Shown: piece after piece, positions 1 to 13,521 of the stretch | Layout of the letters: every line of letters begins with the position of its first letter | Numbering within the stretch: position 1 is the stretch's first letter | Source: Octopus vulgaris | Taxonomy: Eukaryota | DNA length: 64,000 nucleotides | Reading direction: 5' to 3' | NCBI GenBank assembly: GCA_951406725.2 | Contig: OX597817.1 | Coordinates: 31,992,001-32,056,000, forward strand | Program-made: the position numbers and the translations under genes | The notes under the pieces: model-generated | Told to the model about the DNA's origin: nothing | Seen by the model: only the letters and a program-made list of their open reading frames with translations | Database searches by the model: none

Positions 1-498
1 AAATCAATCTCACCGGTTATTGTTTGTCTATATTTCACTTTTTCTTTCTCTGTACCGGTTGATGTTTGTTTATACCCTAAAATAATAAGCAAAAAAACTA
101 CCGATTATTGGAGTGAAAATATTTTTTGTGACATAAACAAGCTGCAGTTGTTTTGAGAAAATGAAGAGACTAGAAAAACAGACAAATAACAAGTTTATAG
201 GTTTTAGAAATTATAACTCTTCCTAAATATAACAGTATTGGTTTCAACACACGTTTCCAGATCCAAATTTTTGCAAAACAAATTTTTAAAAAACTACAGT
301 TATCATTTTCCTTCGTTAATGTGTGACGTCAATATATGTGAAATAGAAGGTTTAGTTAACAAAACTTTACTGCCACGCGTACATATCTACACCAGGTATT
401 ACACAGAAGTCGCTTGATGAAGACCTACGCATTATATGCATATATGTACATGAACATATCTACTCACATATATCCACACACATGTATAAATACGTGTG

Positions 499-530
<32 letters not shown>

Positions 531-706
531 TATATATATATATATACAAACACACACGTATATATATGTGTGATTGTGTGTGTGTGTGTGTGTATGTGTG
601 CGTGTATATGATTCTGTGTGTGTGTGTGTGTGTATTTCATATATTTCGTGTTACGCTAAGAAGTGATGCATGGTACCAGAATTTTCGAGTTGAGTCAAAT
701 GTATAC

Positions 707-771
<65 letters not shown>

Positions 772-778
<7 letters not shown>

Positions 779-1346
779 AAATGAGATAGGGGTTGAAAAT
801 TCAACCCACCATGGGATAATATACATCCAATATACTGCTAGATAGGTACCCAACAAAAATTAATACATAGATGTTAGAAATTGTCAAGCAATCAGTTCAT
901 CTATTGTATTAAATGGGTAAGGGTAATAATATTACCGTAAATTAATACTACAAAATTAGAGAATGGAGAAACATACTTAAATCAATAAAGCATCAACTAT
1001 CTGATGATACTAATCCATACTTTAATACACCATTACATAGGAGTAAAGGCAATATATAAAATGAAATGAGATATACAGTAATAGTAAAAGTAAAAGTAAA
1101 AGTAAAAGATAAAGAGATATAAGTAAAAATACAAATACAATATGCAAATAAATTTGCATATTGTATTTGTAATTTTTACTTATATCTCTTTATCTTTTAC
1201 TTTTACTTTTACTTTACTATTACTGTATATCTCATTTCATTTTATATATTGCCTTTACTCCTATGTATATTAAAGTATGGATTGAGTATCATCGATAGTT
1301 GATGCTTTATTGATTTAAGTATGTTTCTCCATTCTCTAATTTTGTA

Positions 1347-1350
<4 letters not shown>
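772..1350. mobile_element. Fold-back element between (TA)n tracts: ~205-bp inverted arms (945-1149 / 1152-1350) plus ~170-bp extension on the left arm only
   Basis: atactacaaaattagagaatgg...tatgcaaat | aa | atttgcata...ccattctctaattttgtagtat are reverse complements with a few indels. (TA)n at ~708-771 and from 1348. Same architecture as the hammerhead-bearing fold-backs, but no hammerhead found here. Confidence 0.8.
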
Positions 1351-1399
<49 letters not shown>

Positions 1400-1670
1400 C
1401 ATATATATATATCTACATATATATATATGTGTGTGTGTGTATATATATACATGTGTGTATATATATATACATATATTAATATATGCATTATATACTTATA
1501 TATATATATATTCTATATGCATACATGCATATAGATATATATATATATACATACTTACATATATCAGTTTCTGCTACTCTCTTCCACTTTATCTCTATAC
1601 CTCCTGTCTCTGTCACGTAAGAACATGTATAGGCACATATATTTCATAATTTACAGAGGTATGTACAGAC

Positions 1671-1705
<35 letters not shown>

Positions 1706-2745
1706 CATACATACATGTATATATATTAGATATGTGTGTGTGTGTGCGGATGTGTGAACTTATAATGCGATATTAAGGAGGTTAAGAAAATGAGCAATAT
1801 TCGTTGAATAAACGTTAACTGGGCGGAGTAGTATAATATAAGCAATTTGAACGTCGTTAGTATTTGGTTAGAGTTTACTATGTTATCATTCATCTCCCTC
1901 GTGTAAAACCTTACACCCATCTACGGCTCTTCAGCTGTTTTGCTAACCCCCATCGATTGATTGTTGCGTATACACAAAGCTCCAATTTCAGTATGATTAG
2001 TTAGATTCAACACCGCATGAAGCTCATAGTTCGTTTTCTCAAACAATTTAACGAAAATAAATATATTTCCAGTAGATTGGTCTCAGTCCGATCCATATTG
2101 GATCGGATCAGTGCTGGACAATGGGAGGTCAATATTGTAAGTTCTCTTTAGAATAAAGATAAATACTGAGGTTTAAGGTTTGTGGTCTGTGACGACTGCT
2201 AGTCTAAAAACAACCAGGAATATGGATATCATTATTATAAGCTATCCTTATCACTGATTTCCTTGGCAAGTGTTCGTACAAACACTCATATATATATACA
2301 CACACACAAGCACATACATAAACAAATGTATACATACACGCATATATACATACATACAGACAGACAGACATATATGTGTATGTGTGCGTGTGTGTTTGTG
2401 TGTGTGTAAATACACAAAGAAAGAGAGAATTCTCAGTTTAAGTTCAAATTCATTTGAGTACTACAACGTGTTTTCTATACTGAGCATATCTAGCTCTCAC
2501 ATATTGTGTGTATGTGTGTGTGTTTCTGTGTCTGTGTCTATCTGTCTGTTTGTCTGTATAAATTGATGGAATAAGATACACATTCAAAGAATCGTGTGGC
2601 TATCACAGAATACTCCTCTTATTTCTTCCACAGTGAAATAATTATAAATACAAGAAGAAAGCAATGAAACAGGTGTAATCCTAAGGATGTTAAGTGGTTA
2701 AATAAATATATTCACCTCTCATTCCTCCTGACTCTTTATGGTATA

Positions 2746-2818
<73 letters not shown>

Positions 2819-3259
2819 ACACACACATACACAACACACATTCACACACACACATATATATGCGTATGTTGGTTTATGTCGAACGAACGAGAGGAATACT
2901 CAATATAGGTTGTAGGGGATATGGTGTTTTTTTTATTAAAAATGAAACTGAGTTTGCGTCATGATTTGAGTTTCAGTTTCAGTAAAAACTCTGTGTGTGC
3001 GCATGTGTGTGTGTGTGTGTGTGTGTGTGTTACAGGTTCTCAGCGAAAGAGAAAGTTAGTTCTAAATATATAGCGTAGAGTATATAACGGACCTAAAGTC
3101 GGGGAGTTCTGCTATTTTACAGCGTCGTGCATTAAGCCGTATAGAGATAAATATTTTGATCCCGTGATACTTTGTAACATTTGTTACAGAACACCATCTG
3201 CCAGCCCTGTAGTTTATCAATCACATTGATTACTGACCCCTTTCGCTGTGAAGTTTGGC

Positions 3260-3580
3260 ACTCACGTACCTAATAGCTTCGGGTACTCTGTTATATTTAT
3301 TGAGATAAGAGACACTTGGGACAAAAACCGAACAACGTTTACGTTGCTGTTAAGGTCTGATTTGAAGTGGCTCTTGAGTTAGACTATAGCATGGCGGCTG
3401 GTTTGCAGGCTGGTTGATAGCATGGGAACTGACTTGGTGGCACCAGAGCCTCAGTTGTGGAAGAGCCAAAGGACCTCGAAAGTTAAATACTGCAACCAAT
3501 GAACCCTCAATCAAGTGAAGACCGCACTGATAAATAAGTCATGCACGTGTCTGCACGTGAATATTGTTACATGACGAGGA
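3260..3580 (-). promoter_or_regulatory. Candidate Pol II promoter / non-coding first exon
   Basis: Non-repetitive island with two CACGTG E-boxes (3544-3549, 3554-3559), CCAAT (3496-3500), TATTTAA on minus (3489-3483) and overlapping donor sites ag|gtacgt / ac|gtgagt (3269-3260). Motif evidence only. Confidence 0.3.
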
Positions 3581-3604
3581 CAGCGACATCAGTGATACTT
3601 TTGA

Positions 3605-3753
3605 GTGGTGGTGGTGGTGGTGGTGGTGGTTTTGGTGGCAACGGTAATGGTTTTCTTGGTCAGGTTCAAAGTCGAGGTCGGGATGTTGATAACGGTAGGG
3701 AATAAATAAAATAAGAGATGATGATGATGATGATGATGATGTCGACGATGATA

Positions 3754-3786
<33 letters not shown>

Positions 3787-4085
3787 GTGATGGTGGTGGT
3801 GGTGGTCATCATAATCCAGGAGGAGGAGGAGGAGGAGGAGAATAGTCATGGTGGTGGTGTATGTTGATAGTGATGTGGTTGATGATGATGGTGACGATGA
3901 TGATGACGGCGATCACGAAGAAGAAGAAGAAGAAGAAGAAGAAGAAGAAGAAGAAGAAGAAGAAGAAGAAGAAGAAGAAGAAGAAGAAGAAGAAGAAGAA
4001 GAAGAAGAAGAAGAAGAAGAAGAAGAAGAAGAAGAAGAAGAAGAAGAAGAAGAAGAAGAAGAAGAAGAAGAAGAAGAAGAAGAAA
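3605..4085. repeat. Compound trinucleotide microsatellite (GGT)n/(GAT)n/(GGA)n ending in a pure (GAA)n run of ~165 bp
   Basis: Seen directly; explains the poly-E/K/L/H ORFs. Confidence 0.95.
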
Positions 4086-4524
4086 CACCACCACTACCGC
4101 AACAACAATTAAATTACAATTCCTTTAGTTCTGAATCACCGTAAGGCTCCCTCGAGTAAAAAAAACTTTAGATTATTGATTATTTTAGAGAATCTCTGAG
4201 GATTTGAAACGATATTCCAGTGCGCAGCCTACTGCTTGCTCTAAATATCCCAAACTTGTGCACCAAATGACCTGAGACAGTTTCTATTTTTTTACCCTTT
4301 ATTATTTACTTATCATTTATATAGTCATTTACTGTAGTTTGTTAGTGGCGTAAGTGAAGTGTAAATTCAGTGCAGTAGAGATAGATCTTCTTTAGATAAA
4401 CTACGTGGGTATATAGCGACTAATTTCTTTCTTGCTTCGTACAATAAGACGTAAAGATGCAGTTTCTTTTGAAATAAGTTTTAGAAACTAAGTGCTCTCG
4501 CTCACACACTCCTTCCGTCTTACA

Positions 4525-4601
<77 letters not shown>

Positions 4602-5230
4602 ATACACACGGACACACAACATACACACACGTTATATATATGTATATATATATGTATGTATGTATGTATGTATATATATATATATATATATAATAACTTA
4701 TATACTTATATTTATATTTACTTATATTTATATTATCTTTTATATATATTCTACTTATTATACAACATTACTCTTTTATGTACACTTTTTTATGTACACT
4801 GATTTGTTCTGCTTTTTATATTTAACCCTACAGTCTCTTATGTGGTGGTTTAATAAAGTATGTGATTGAGTATTATCTGGTAATTGATATTTGATTTAGA
4901 TGTATTTCTCCATTTTCTTATCTTGTATATATATATATAATAACAATTTAATAAATAAAACATATGCATACATACATACATATATGTACATATATGTACA
5001 TACCTACATCTATATGTATATATATACATGCATATATGAGTACAGGACACCACAAATAAACGTAGAACACAACGAGAAACGAAACCATAAAACTAAACAA
5101 GGAAACGAACTTTTTTTAACAACACAAGGAACATTGCCCTTCTTCAGCTGCCCCTGTTTCGACTCAATGCGTGTTTCGAAGGTAACACACGCGCGCGCAC
5201 ATATACACACACAGAGATAGAGATAGTATA

Positions 5231-5278
<48 letters not shown>

Positions 5279-5329
5279 ACAAGAACATATAGTTATTATG
5301 TGCATATTGACAAATACACCGCAGCTTAT

Positions 5330-5720
5330 GGACCAATTTATATACTGTATACATACTCCCATCCATACAATTTCCTTCACAATATGAAATCCGGCCCACT
5401 AATACCTTTTCAGTTGTTTAGGATGAGATCAGCATTCAAATACATACTTTCACATAAATTTTAACATTTAGCTAGGTGAACTCTGATCTGTCAGATGTAT
5501 AATCGTAGACTTTCCAGCCATGTCCATTTTGTCTATCTTTAGAGATATCTAGGAGAACATGATCAATGTCTTGTATTGGAAATGAATGTCTATCCCACGA
5601 CTCGAGTTTCACACTTCTGTGATCTGCAGAACCCTCGCCTAAAAATCGCAGAGGCACAAAAATTGTTTCAATTAGCCATATACTCCACAATACTATACTA
5701 CTTTCATTTATTTCATTCAT
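5330..5720 (-). pseudogene. Possible degenerate Penelope-like RT (palm/thumb) relic
   Basis: VLLDISKDRQNGHGWKVYDYTSDRSEF resembles the PLE RT pattern FLDL.I...NG....VYDKRDDF. A host terminal exon (acceptor ttttag at ~5639) cannot be excluded. Confidence 0.3.
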
Positions 5721-5834
5721 TTGACCTCCTTTAAGATTCGTGCACGCGCGCGTACATACCTGTATATGTATATATATATGTATATATATATGCGTGAATA
5801 TCTATATATATAAGACAAGGTATAAATAATGGTC

Positions 5835-5890
<56 letters not shown>

Positions 5891-5891
5891 G

Positions 5892-5978
<87 letters not shown>

Positions 5979-6073
5979 CAAGAATAACGACTGCCAACTC
6001 GTTTGGAAAATTGTGGTTAGCTTGCAACTCGTTTTAAACAGATTCCAGCAAATTTTTACAAAGATATTCACAC

Positions 6074-6133
<60 letters not shown>

Positions 6134-6280
6134 ACACATACACACACACACACACACACACAAACACGTTCAGTCATACGTACACGAACATATGACATGT
6201 GCCCCGTCTGTCAGAATTTTGAACATAAATCACGTCTAAATGTTGCTCATAAACCGTGATTCTCAAATATAATGCGATGA

Positions 6281-6314
<34 letters not shown>

Positions 6315-6720
6315 GGTGGTGGTGGTAGTGGTGAGGAGGAGATGGTGGTGGTGGAGGAGGAGGAGATGAATGGATGATGATGATGACGACGACGACGATA
6401 ACGAATTTCTCAATGATGATGATGGCGAGGATGAGATGATTGCTTTTCTGAATGAGGACAATGTTCGTGTGCTCAGCAGGCATGCCCTCGTGTTAACAGA
6501 TGATGCAGAAGTCGTTTCAATGGAATTGAAAATCTCGCAAATGACAGAAGAAAAAGAAATCAAATAAATGAGGGGAACTGTATGGATAGGAGGAGTATAC
6601 AAGAAATAGGAAATTCAGAAGACCTGGAAGGGTTTTGACAGGACATTGACAATACACATGCATAGATACACACACACATACATACATACATACAGACATA
6701 CATACATACATATATGCATA

Positions 6721-6797
<77 letters not shown>

Positions 6798-6800
<3 letters not shown>

Positions 6801-7341
6801 GTCACTTTCGAGTGCTACTGGTAACATGTAACCCAATACTACCTGTTGCATGGTCGGGTCGTCGGCGATTAAACCGGCAACCCCACCAAGATTGCTTGGT
6901 GAGGAGGGTGTCTATTGGACACCCTGCGGGATGAAAAACAAAACCCGTCAAAGGGCGGAGGAACTCTTGAGAGTCAACGGCCATCCAATAAATGTGTAAG
7001 GCTGTATCATGCGCGGACACATAGAAATAATCGAACTGAATACCCGATCGCGCGGTTAAACCATTGGGAGTGAAGGACTCCTAGCCTTTGTTAGGGCATC
7101 CTTCTAGGAGAAGGTAACTCAGGTAACTGGGATAACTCCGACATAAAACTTGCGGCTCAGTGGTTACCGATGATGTTGACTTGTTCTTCTTTTCGGATTA
7201 TGGCTGCTGTTGCTTAGTGAGTGGGATTGACTCAGTGCACAGCCTTTCCTCTCTTTAAAAAAGTCTTCTTGCACAGGCATTGCACGATAACAACATCGAT
7301 TAAGCTTCGTGCAATGGCCATACTCGATAACGAGGGGGCAG

Positions 7342-7344
<3 letters not shown>
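6798..7344 (+). mobile_element. GC-rich structured non-coding element inside (TA)n; RTE 5'UTR-like non-autonomous retroposon
   Basis: (TA)n on both sides. The motif agggcatccttctaggagaaggtaactc resembles RTE 5'UTRs (recalled, not searched). Hairpins caccaag/cttggtg, agggtgtc/gacaccct, ttgcacga/tcgtgcaa. Confidence 0.5.
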
Positions 7345-7399
<55 letters not shown>

Positions 7400-7466
7400 C
7401 GTGACGTTCTTGACCCCCAGACAGTAGATAAACTGTTTTTACTTCAAATTTTTATGAACTTTTACT

Positions 7467-7506
7467 GATATTTGATAAGATGAGATGCATCGGAACCGGT
7501 AATATT
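7467..7506 (+). ncRNA. Minimal type-I hammerhead motif, U3:A8 variant (A13G-damaged)
   Basis: GAUAU-UUGAUAA-GAUG(agaug)CAUC-GGAA-CCGG-UA|AUAUU: 5-bp stem I, 4-bp stem II, palindromic stem III. Confidence 0.6.
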
Positions 7507-8198
7507 TTCCTTATACAATTTTTTAAATGATTTTTATTGAATTCCCTCCATATTTTATTTCCACCTCCATATTTCATATATAAAAATGTTTTGTATAGAT
7601 CTGTAATCTTTTTTCATCTATACGTGTGTGTGTGTGTGTTCAGGTATAAATGTATATGAGTATGCATATATTTCTGTATGTGCATGTGCACACTATAATG
7701 AATCCATATACTCATATAAAACATCCAAAGGTGTATTTCTTTCCTTCTGAAGATATGCTCAGGTAATATGAATTTAATATTTAATTAGATTCACTGAGAA
7801 TTAATTGAAATAACTGTTAGGGATGATGACTGAATTATTGTTAATAATAAACAATTATTAACTTCCCAATCACCATCTTCTTTTTCTTCCTTTATATGTA
7901 TATAAACTATATATATAATATATACCTATTATTTTATGGAAGTTAATTCTCCCAAAATATCGTGTATTTAACCAGTATTTCTTCTTAAGGTTAACACAAC
8001 CTCTAATCGAATACACACACACACACATATATATATATTCACACAATACATTTATATATGTATTTGGAAGGCTTGTGTGTGTATGTATGTAAATGTATGT
8101 ATATATTTGACTTATATTTGTTTCATATTTCTTTATATGTATCTCTAAAGCAGTGCACCCACATTTATACATATATGCAAACATATATACATACACAT

Positions 8199-8231
<33 letters not shown>

Positions 8232-8745
8232 TATATATATATACATATACATATCGAAAAATTGATACAAAAACATATATACATATATACATACATACGT
8301 AAAAATATCAGAACCCGTATTAAGCATCAGGCATTAGATAGCCATTTAGAAAATCTACAATCGCCACAAACACAGAACATAAAGTAACTAATTAAATTCT
8401 TACAGGGATATAAATAGAAATGTGAAAGTCTAAATACAAAAATACAATAAAGTTGGGGCTTTTTTCTGTTTACTGTGTTAAATATTATCAAAGGTCTCTT
8501 CGCTCGAAATATAATCAAATCTATGAAAGAAGTAAATACTAAGCCAAAACTTTTGAAGTGTAATTACCAGATGGAACCTTAGAGTTCTAATCTAAAGAGC
8601 ATTCTCGTCTTTAAGTTATCTTTGGTTATCAGCATGAAACTTTTTTTATCCCTTGTAAGGTCGATTAGGTTAGAGCTATAATCAAAATTAACAGTAAAAT
8701 GCTTTGCGCAATGATTTGGTTATTAGGAGATAACTATGATAATGG

Positions 8746-8803
<58 letters not shown>

Positions 8804-9189
8804 AAGGAGGGGAGGAGGAGGACGACGACGACGACGATGACGACAACGGCGATGACGACGACGTGGAAGAAGGTTTTATTGTTGTGATATTGTTTTTATG
8901 CGATGTAAGCGATTATTTTTCAGAGCTCTACCAAGAAGAGAGTTACCTCCAAGGTTAACTTATGCAAAAAAAAAAATGGCTTCTTTGATTTTGCTTTTGT
9001 TTCATTTTTCCTTTGCTTTTTTTTTTTTTACACTTTTCTTTTTTCCGCACTGCAAATTCGCTTAATACATACATGCGCACGCACACATTGGTTTTAAATT
9101 TAGCAGAGACACATTTGATGCCATTTTTTTTTTCTCGTCAGACCGGTAACTGACAGAGCAAAAGAGCATCAAGTTCTTTAATTCTCAAA

Positions 9190-9510
9190 TTCAATGGACT
9201 TCTTCATCTATCTGGGGTGGATGTTATGGAAGATACTGCAAGTTATAGAAATAGATCTAATGATAACGTAACATACAGAGATATTTAGCAATAATGCCAA
9301 GTGTCCCATACTTTTGAATGGTCAACTAACAGATTGGCTGTAGCACACCTAATTTTGAGACAAGGTTGTCTCCTCATCCCCGCTATTTACATCAACTTAC
9401 TGGTATTTGTCATGAAAGAACTGAAAAATCTAGGATCTGAATCTATCTCTCACTAAATCCTTCTCCATAGACATAAGATATTCTGGTGATATAACCCTAA
9501 TAACTACGCT
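9190..9510 (+). pseudogene. Degenerate non-LTR (RTE/CR1-type) reverse transcriptase fragment
   Basis: LWKILQVIEID...NAKCPILLNGQLTDW...RQGCLL.P...DIRYSGDITLI matches the RT motifs GVRQGC.LSP and YADD, with stops and frameshifts. Confidence 0.7.
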
Positions 9511-9867
9511 CTTTGACAAACGGAAAATATATACGCTTATGTACACGTATATCTTCTAAGAGGGAACATATTTAACAAGCATGACACGCAATATGACATC
9601 AATACATGAAATAATTAAATAAGACATAATGAAATTAATACAAAAGCTCCAAAGAAGAAAATAATACTGCCACATATAATTCTATTATAATTTGCAGTCT
9701 AGAAATTAGAGGCGTCATTTGATGTGTAATATACGGCTACTGTTTCTTGTAACATTTATTTTTATCTTTATCAAAAACATGGTTTACGATTACGAAAGTA
9801 TTTTTTTTTTAACCTATGACATCTATAGCAATTGGGAATTAATGTGGGATTCCTTGAAATTTTCTTC

Positions 9868-10045
9868 CATGTTTGTGTGATTGAGAAGCTCGATTTGCAA
9901 TCGCATGGTTTCGGGTTCAGTCCCGCAGCGCAGCACTTTGGGCCAGTATCTTGTACAAATAGCCCCGGGCCGATCAATGCGTTGAGAGTGAATTTGATAG
10001 CCGGGAACTGTATGGAAACCCGACGGAGATATGCATGTGTGCATG
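9868..10045 (+). mobile_element. SINE family B, degenerate 5' part
   Basis: catggtttcgggttcagtcccgcagcgcagcactttgggcc matches the 22386 and 36610 copies. Confidence 0.75.
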
Positions 10046-10046
10046 A

Positions 10047-10088
<42 letters not shown>

Positions 10089-10170
10089 CTCAGAACCACC
10101 TTCAACTCAATCAACGCTGATAGATGTATACATATATATGCACAAATACATACACATATATATCTACATA

Positions 10171-10273
<103 letters not shown>

Positions 10274-10699
10274 GGGGGGAGCAGAGAGACAAGCAGAGGA
10301 AGAAGTAATATCGCCAGCAAGATTCGAACAGCAGGCATGTTGTAAAATGTATAGCTGTGTGCGTATGTGCGCGTGTCTGTATGTTTGTGTGTGTGTGTGT
10401 GTGAGTGTGTGTGAGTGTGTGAGTGTGTTTATGAGTGTGTGTGTTTGTGAGTGTATGCGTGTGTGTGTGTCCGTGCGTAAGTGAATGTATATGCCTCTTT
10501 AGTTGTTTCTCCGGCACTTCATACCCATTCATTTGTATACACAAAACAAAATGTATCAAATTGACACACACACTACCCAATATCTTATGTTGACATATGG
10601 GAAAGTGTATGTAGCATGTTCTATCTTCTCTTACTAATAAACGGATAAAATATCTCATTTAAGCGTAATGGATATATAATATTTCGCCATATTCTAATA

Positions 10700-11470
10700 T
10701 GTACCATGGGATAAATCACAAAAAGATAACTGTCAACTGTCAAATCCCTCATCAGCTCTAATTCGAAGGGAAACTCTGTATTACCGCGTCGAAGGGGGAG
10801 CCTTATCGTTATTATTGGTTACTCGGAAGAGGAAGGGGAACACCCATGACCGTTTTCAGAACCTCCTTATTTCGTGGGAGGAAAGGTTGAATCTATTCTC
10901 AGATCTATCATCCTCAGGATTAAATCTGCCATTCATGAGATTAAGTTCATCAGCCAAAAGATTGTGCCTGCCACCCAAGCGTCTGCGTGGTCGTCATTCA
11001 ACCACATAAAACTTAAGCTTCCTGCTCGCACACAAGTTGAAGTTATACTCCATTTGATTGTAAGGTTATCTATTTCTCTGTCTTTTAGATACCAAATGTA
11101 TTTTGGCAACGAAGTAGTGTTACCTTTGCTCCTATACCTAAACGAATGTGTGTGTTTTACGCATCGCACTTTGAATAAGATTTTTGTGAACCTTTTACGT
11201 ACAACCAATAGTTCTTATATTGGTTCTTTACACCGGCACCTTCAAAAGAAATTTATTGTTCAGGAAACAGTTATATTTTTACAAGGACATTCGGATTGCT
11301 ACGATTGTGTATTATCTCAATTGCTTATTACAGTAGGAAATTTGTGACCCTATATCACATAAACAAGTATACCTTAACCATACTATTTTTAGCTGAGTAT
11401 TTGCTGCAGTTTTAGATTACCTTGTCTGAGTAAACTAAACAACGGTTTTATCTAAATTTGTTCATATCAA
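10700..11470 (-). pseudogene. Penelope-like element 3' relic (GIY-YIG endonuclease, Neptune-like)
   Basis: KYNCFLNNKFLLK, IGCT and KHTHSFRYRSKGNTTSLPKYIWYLKDREIDNLTIKWSI resemble the PLE EN pattern H..SF......T.LS..IW.LK......I.W.I. Followed by a half hammerhead CUGAUGAGGGAU...AUCCC (10775-10708). Confidence 0.75.
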
Positions 11471-11494
11471 TATCTAGTCATATTATGAGTCTGT

Positions 11495-11728
11495 TATCTC
11501 TGCATGTGTGTATATATACGTGTGTATTTCTTTGTGTTTGTGTCTGTACCCCACTGCCACTTGACAACCTGCAACGATCCAGTAACTTAGCGGTTTGGTA
11601 GATGGGACGGATAAGATAAGTACCAGATATTAAAAAAATAGTACTGGTGTCGATTTGTTCGACTAAACCCTTCAAGGCGGTTCTCTAGCATAGCATCACT
11701 CCAATGACTGAAACAAATAAAAGATAAA
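11495..11728 (+). mobile_element. SINE family B, 3' part
   Basis: cttgacaacc...taacttagcggttt...gtcgatttgttcgactaaa...aatgactgaaacaaataaaaga. Confidence 0.75.
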
Positions 11729-12600
11729 ATATAATATATTTGTGTGTGCGTATATGCTTATGTATGTGTATGTGTGTATTTATTACATATATGTATAGAT
11801 CATCACAGTTTGCTTCAAGTTTCGAGTGTGACGCTAATCTTCAGCCATTGGAATTTGAATTTGAATGAGAGCTTGATAGGAGAAAGTGAATGTTAAATTT
11901 CGCAGGCTAACGTACAGTAATAAGCATTGACTTTGTCCTATCGACCTCTCAGATTCCAATAGGTTAAGATTAGCATCACGCTTGTAACTCGGAGTACCTA
12001 GGAATTCGAATCAAAATGTTTAGTGCGCACATACCTAATGTATGTGTTTTATTTGTTCCCTGGTTCACTGCAAATAGTGCTTGGGGGACTATTCCCTCAT
12101 TACGCTTGGTGTTAAAACACCTGAAAGTCATAGACAGGCGAGAAAACTTGCTTCCAACCTAATTCAGGAGCGATGGATACCGATAGTTCGCCACTTTTGT
12201 GTCTTATCAGCATCACGTACCTGAATCGAACAGAAGACGAATCGAATCGCCAGTTCATGAAGCGAAATAAACAGTATATAAAAGCAATGCTAGCGTTGTA
12301 TCCATAACTCCTTAATTCGACCGGAAGCGAGTTGTGTATATTTTCAGTGACTTTCAAGTATTTTAACACCCACCGTTATCAGAGAGACGTACCCCAAGTC
12401 CTATATCGCAGCTAACCGGGGAACAAGCAAAATACATAGATTGAGTAAGTACGGTCGATAATGTTTACAACACTAGCGCTGTGTGTGTGTGCAAACAAAC
12501 ATAGAAGAAGCACGCACTTATATATACGTGCATGTAGATATGCATAACATACATTCACATATAAACATTTATATTGATGTACACTTACATTTTATGTGTA

Positions 12601-12694
<94 letters not shown>

Positions 12695-13291
12695 CACGCG
12701 CACATATATGTATCAGCTGTTTCTATCACTCTCTCACTTCTGCTTTGAATAGCCTTCTCTTTCTTTTAACATTACTTTCCTATGAAACTAATAAGAGTTG
12801 GACTAATTAATTACATGCCTGTAATAAATATAGAAGTTGATAATATAGAAAAAATATATTACAGAAAAATATATCAATCTTGCTAAATAAAACCAATAAA
12901 AACTACCAAGCCATTATTATCTGAACAAGCCATCTATTTATCACCGTCTGTTCCTAATAGCTATATCAGATAACATATGTACTCGTTGTTCGAATAAACC
13001 AGGCCGTATTGCTAGTTAGTACCTTTACTTTAAACGAGAGGGTGTATCTACTATTTGAACTCTTGTTGAGTTTTGCAGAGCCAGTCTTTATTAAAGACAG
13101 TACAGAGAGGAAGGAGGAAAGGAAAAGAGGGAGAAATAAAGAAAGGGTAAAGAACGAAGAATAATTGAGGGTCTAAAATATCTCTTACGCTTTTAATCCA
13201 CTGATCTCTGATTTGTCACGAAGTATTGCCTTACAGCTTTAAGTTATGTGTGTATCTGTATGCGTGTATGAGTGTGTGGGTCGGTGGGAGA

Positions 13292-13330
<39 letters not shown>

Positions 13331-13477
13331 AATGTGTGTGTGCGCGCGAAAGTGTGTGTGTGTCCGCGTGTATGCGCGCGCATGTGTGTATATGTATGTA
13401 CGTGTGTATGCACGTATGTAAATACACATATATATGCAGATCTATCTATCTATATATATAAATATACATACATATAA

Positions 13478-13516
<39 letters not shown>

Positions 13517-13521
<5 letters not shown>

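Noticed and set aside
1001-1010. ctgatga inside the first palindrome
   Set aside because: No stem II or GAAA follows, and it is not mirrored in the other arm.
1880-1940. cagctgaagagcc...ggtt on minus as a hammerhead
   Set aside because: GAAA and cleavage triplet missing.
2087-2107. Palindrome tccgatcca-tat-tggatcgga
   Set aside because: Only 9-bp arms, with no supporting context.
5040-5190. gaaac...ctgaaga on minus (also at 45090-45150) as type-II hammerheads
   Set aside because: Could not build stems I and III; probably a repeat end but unsupported.
6370-6567. Acidic plus-strand ORF MDDDD...EEKEIK
   Set aside because: Starts in a (GAT/GAC)n tract and no family was recognised.
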